A DNA stretch of 33,727 bases from a virus. The stretch lies in the IMG/VR virus record IMGVR_UViG_3300033156_000380; one strand, written 5' to 3'. The translations under genes were made by a program, and so were the position numbers. Position 1 is the first letter of the stretch, and each line of letters opens with the position of its first letter. Below are positions 33,421 to 33,727 of this stretch, piece after piece. The notes beneath the pieces were generated by a model. The model did not search any database, was not told where the DNA came from, and worked only from the letters and a program-made list of their open reading frames with translations.

Positions 33421-33623
33421 TTTACCTGACCGAATCATACCACACCGAACCCAATTTAACCACACACGGCCTTGCCTCTTTTAATATTTATTATTCTTTT
33501 AATAAAATTTTTATAATTAATCCTTGCCTCGCCACATTGAACAGCACCTCACAAGACCTCGCCAGATCATACTTTATCAGACCATACTCGACCTGACCTC
33601 ACCATGCCTCACCAGATTGAATA
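33421..33623. repeat. Phased repeat arrays R2a (33421-33480) and R2b (33521-33623) with a 10-bp period
   Basis: R2b reads as consecutive 10-mers: tccttgcctc gccacattga acagcacctc acaagacctc gccagatcat actttatcag accatactcg acctgacctc accatgcctc accagattga. A 15-mer GCCTCGCCACATTGA / ACCTCGCCAGATCAT / GCCTCACCAGATTGA occurs at 33526, 33556 and 33606. Confidence 0.75.
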
Positions 33624-33727
33624 TTCTTTATTTCTTCTTCTCCTCAAACTTTGATACAAAAAACCTTCCGAATCTTGGTCTATAACTCCCAAGACCTATT
33701 TTGACACCAGCATATTTCAAGGCTTCC
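33614..33727. repeat. Terminal direct repeat, copy 2 (identical to 1..114)
   Basis: Exact 114-nt identity with the window start. 33628-33727 duplicates the 3' end of CDS 15..548. Confidence 0.95.

Noticed and set aside
33421-33623. Possible CRISPR-like array suggested by the tandem short repeats
   Set aside because: The repeat unit is only about 10 nt and degenerate, with no unique spacers of 25-40 nt between conserved repeats. The architecture is unlike any CRISPR array.

Overview
The window is a complete, AT-rich tailed-phage genome. Bases 1-114 are identical to 33614-33727, so it closes into a 33,613-bp unit that is either circular or terminally redundant. Every credible gene is on the minus strand; plus-strand ORFs look like antisense shadows. 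In transcription order (descending coordinates), the modules are:
- Replication: a small ORF flanked by phased repeat arrays, a primase-type Zn-ribbon protein, a RecA/DnaB-like helicase with a C-terminal wHTH, a TGATAAC/(AT)10 origin-like intergenic region, an SMC/SbcC-like ATPase and RusA.
- About 13 small accessory ORFs: two paralogs, three membrane proteins and an HNH-like protein.
- A promoter plus terminator leader, then TerS and TerL.
- HK97-type head genes: a portal-MuF fusion, prohead protease and major capsid protein.
- Siphovirus-type tail genes: connector, gp10-like protein, tube, G/GT frameshifted chaperone, tape measure, tip proteins and two fibres.
- Lysis cassette: an M15 endolysin, two fully overlapping coiled-coil membrane ORFs, a holin-like ORF missing from the track, and a TM coiled-coil protein.
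- A 495-nt noncoding region with a strong promoter.
- Early/recombination operon: an NTase-like protein, small Cys-rich ORFs, an RHH-like ORF, RecT, a BamE-like lipoprotein and a Cas4/RecB-like nuclease.

I saw no integrase, repressor, tRNA, CRISPR array or reverse transcriptase.

The most unusual signals are:
1. The dual-coded lysis locus at 7186-7605.
2. About 27 helical turns of 10-bp-phased, strand-asymmetric repeats flanking ORF 33110-33376 and abutting the terminal repeat.
3. The palindromic iteron/(AT)10 origin-like region at 31281-31459.
4. A split Zn-ribbon/helicase pair joined by a G7 slippery run, with no recognisable primase catalytic domain.
5. A lambda PR'-tR'-like promoter/terminator leader upstream of the terminase genes.

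All family calls come from motif recognition by eye; no database search was run.
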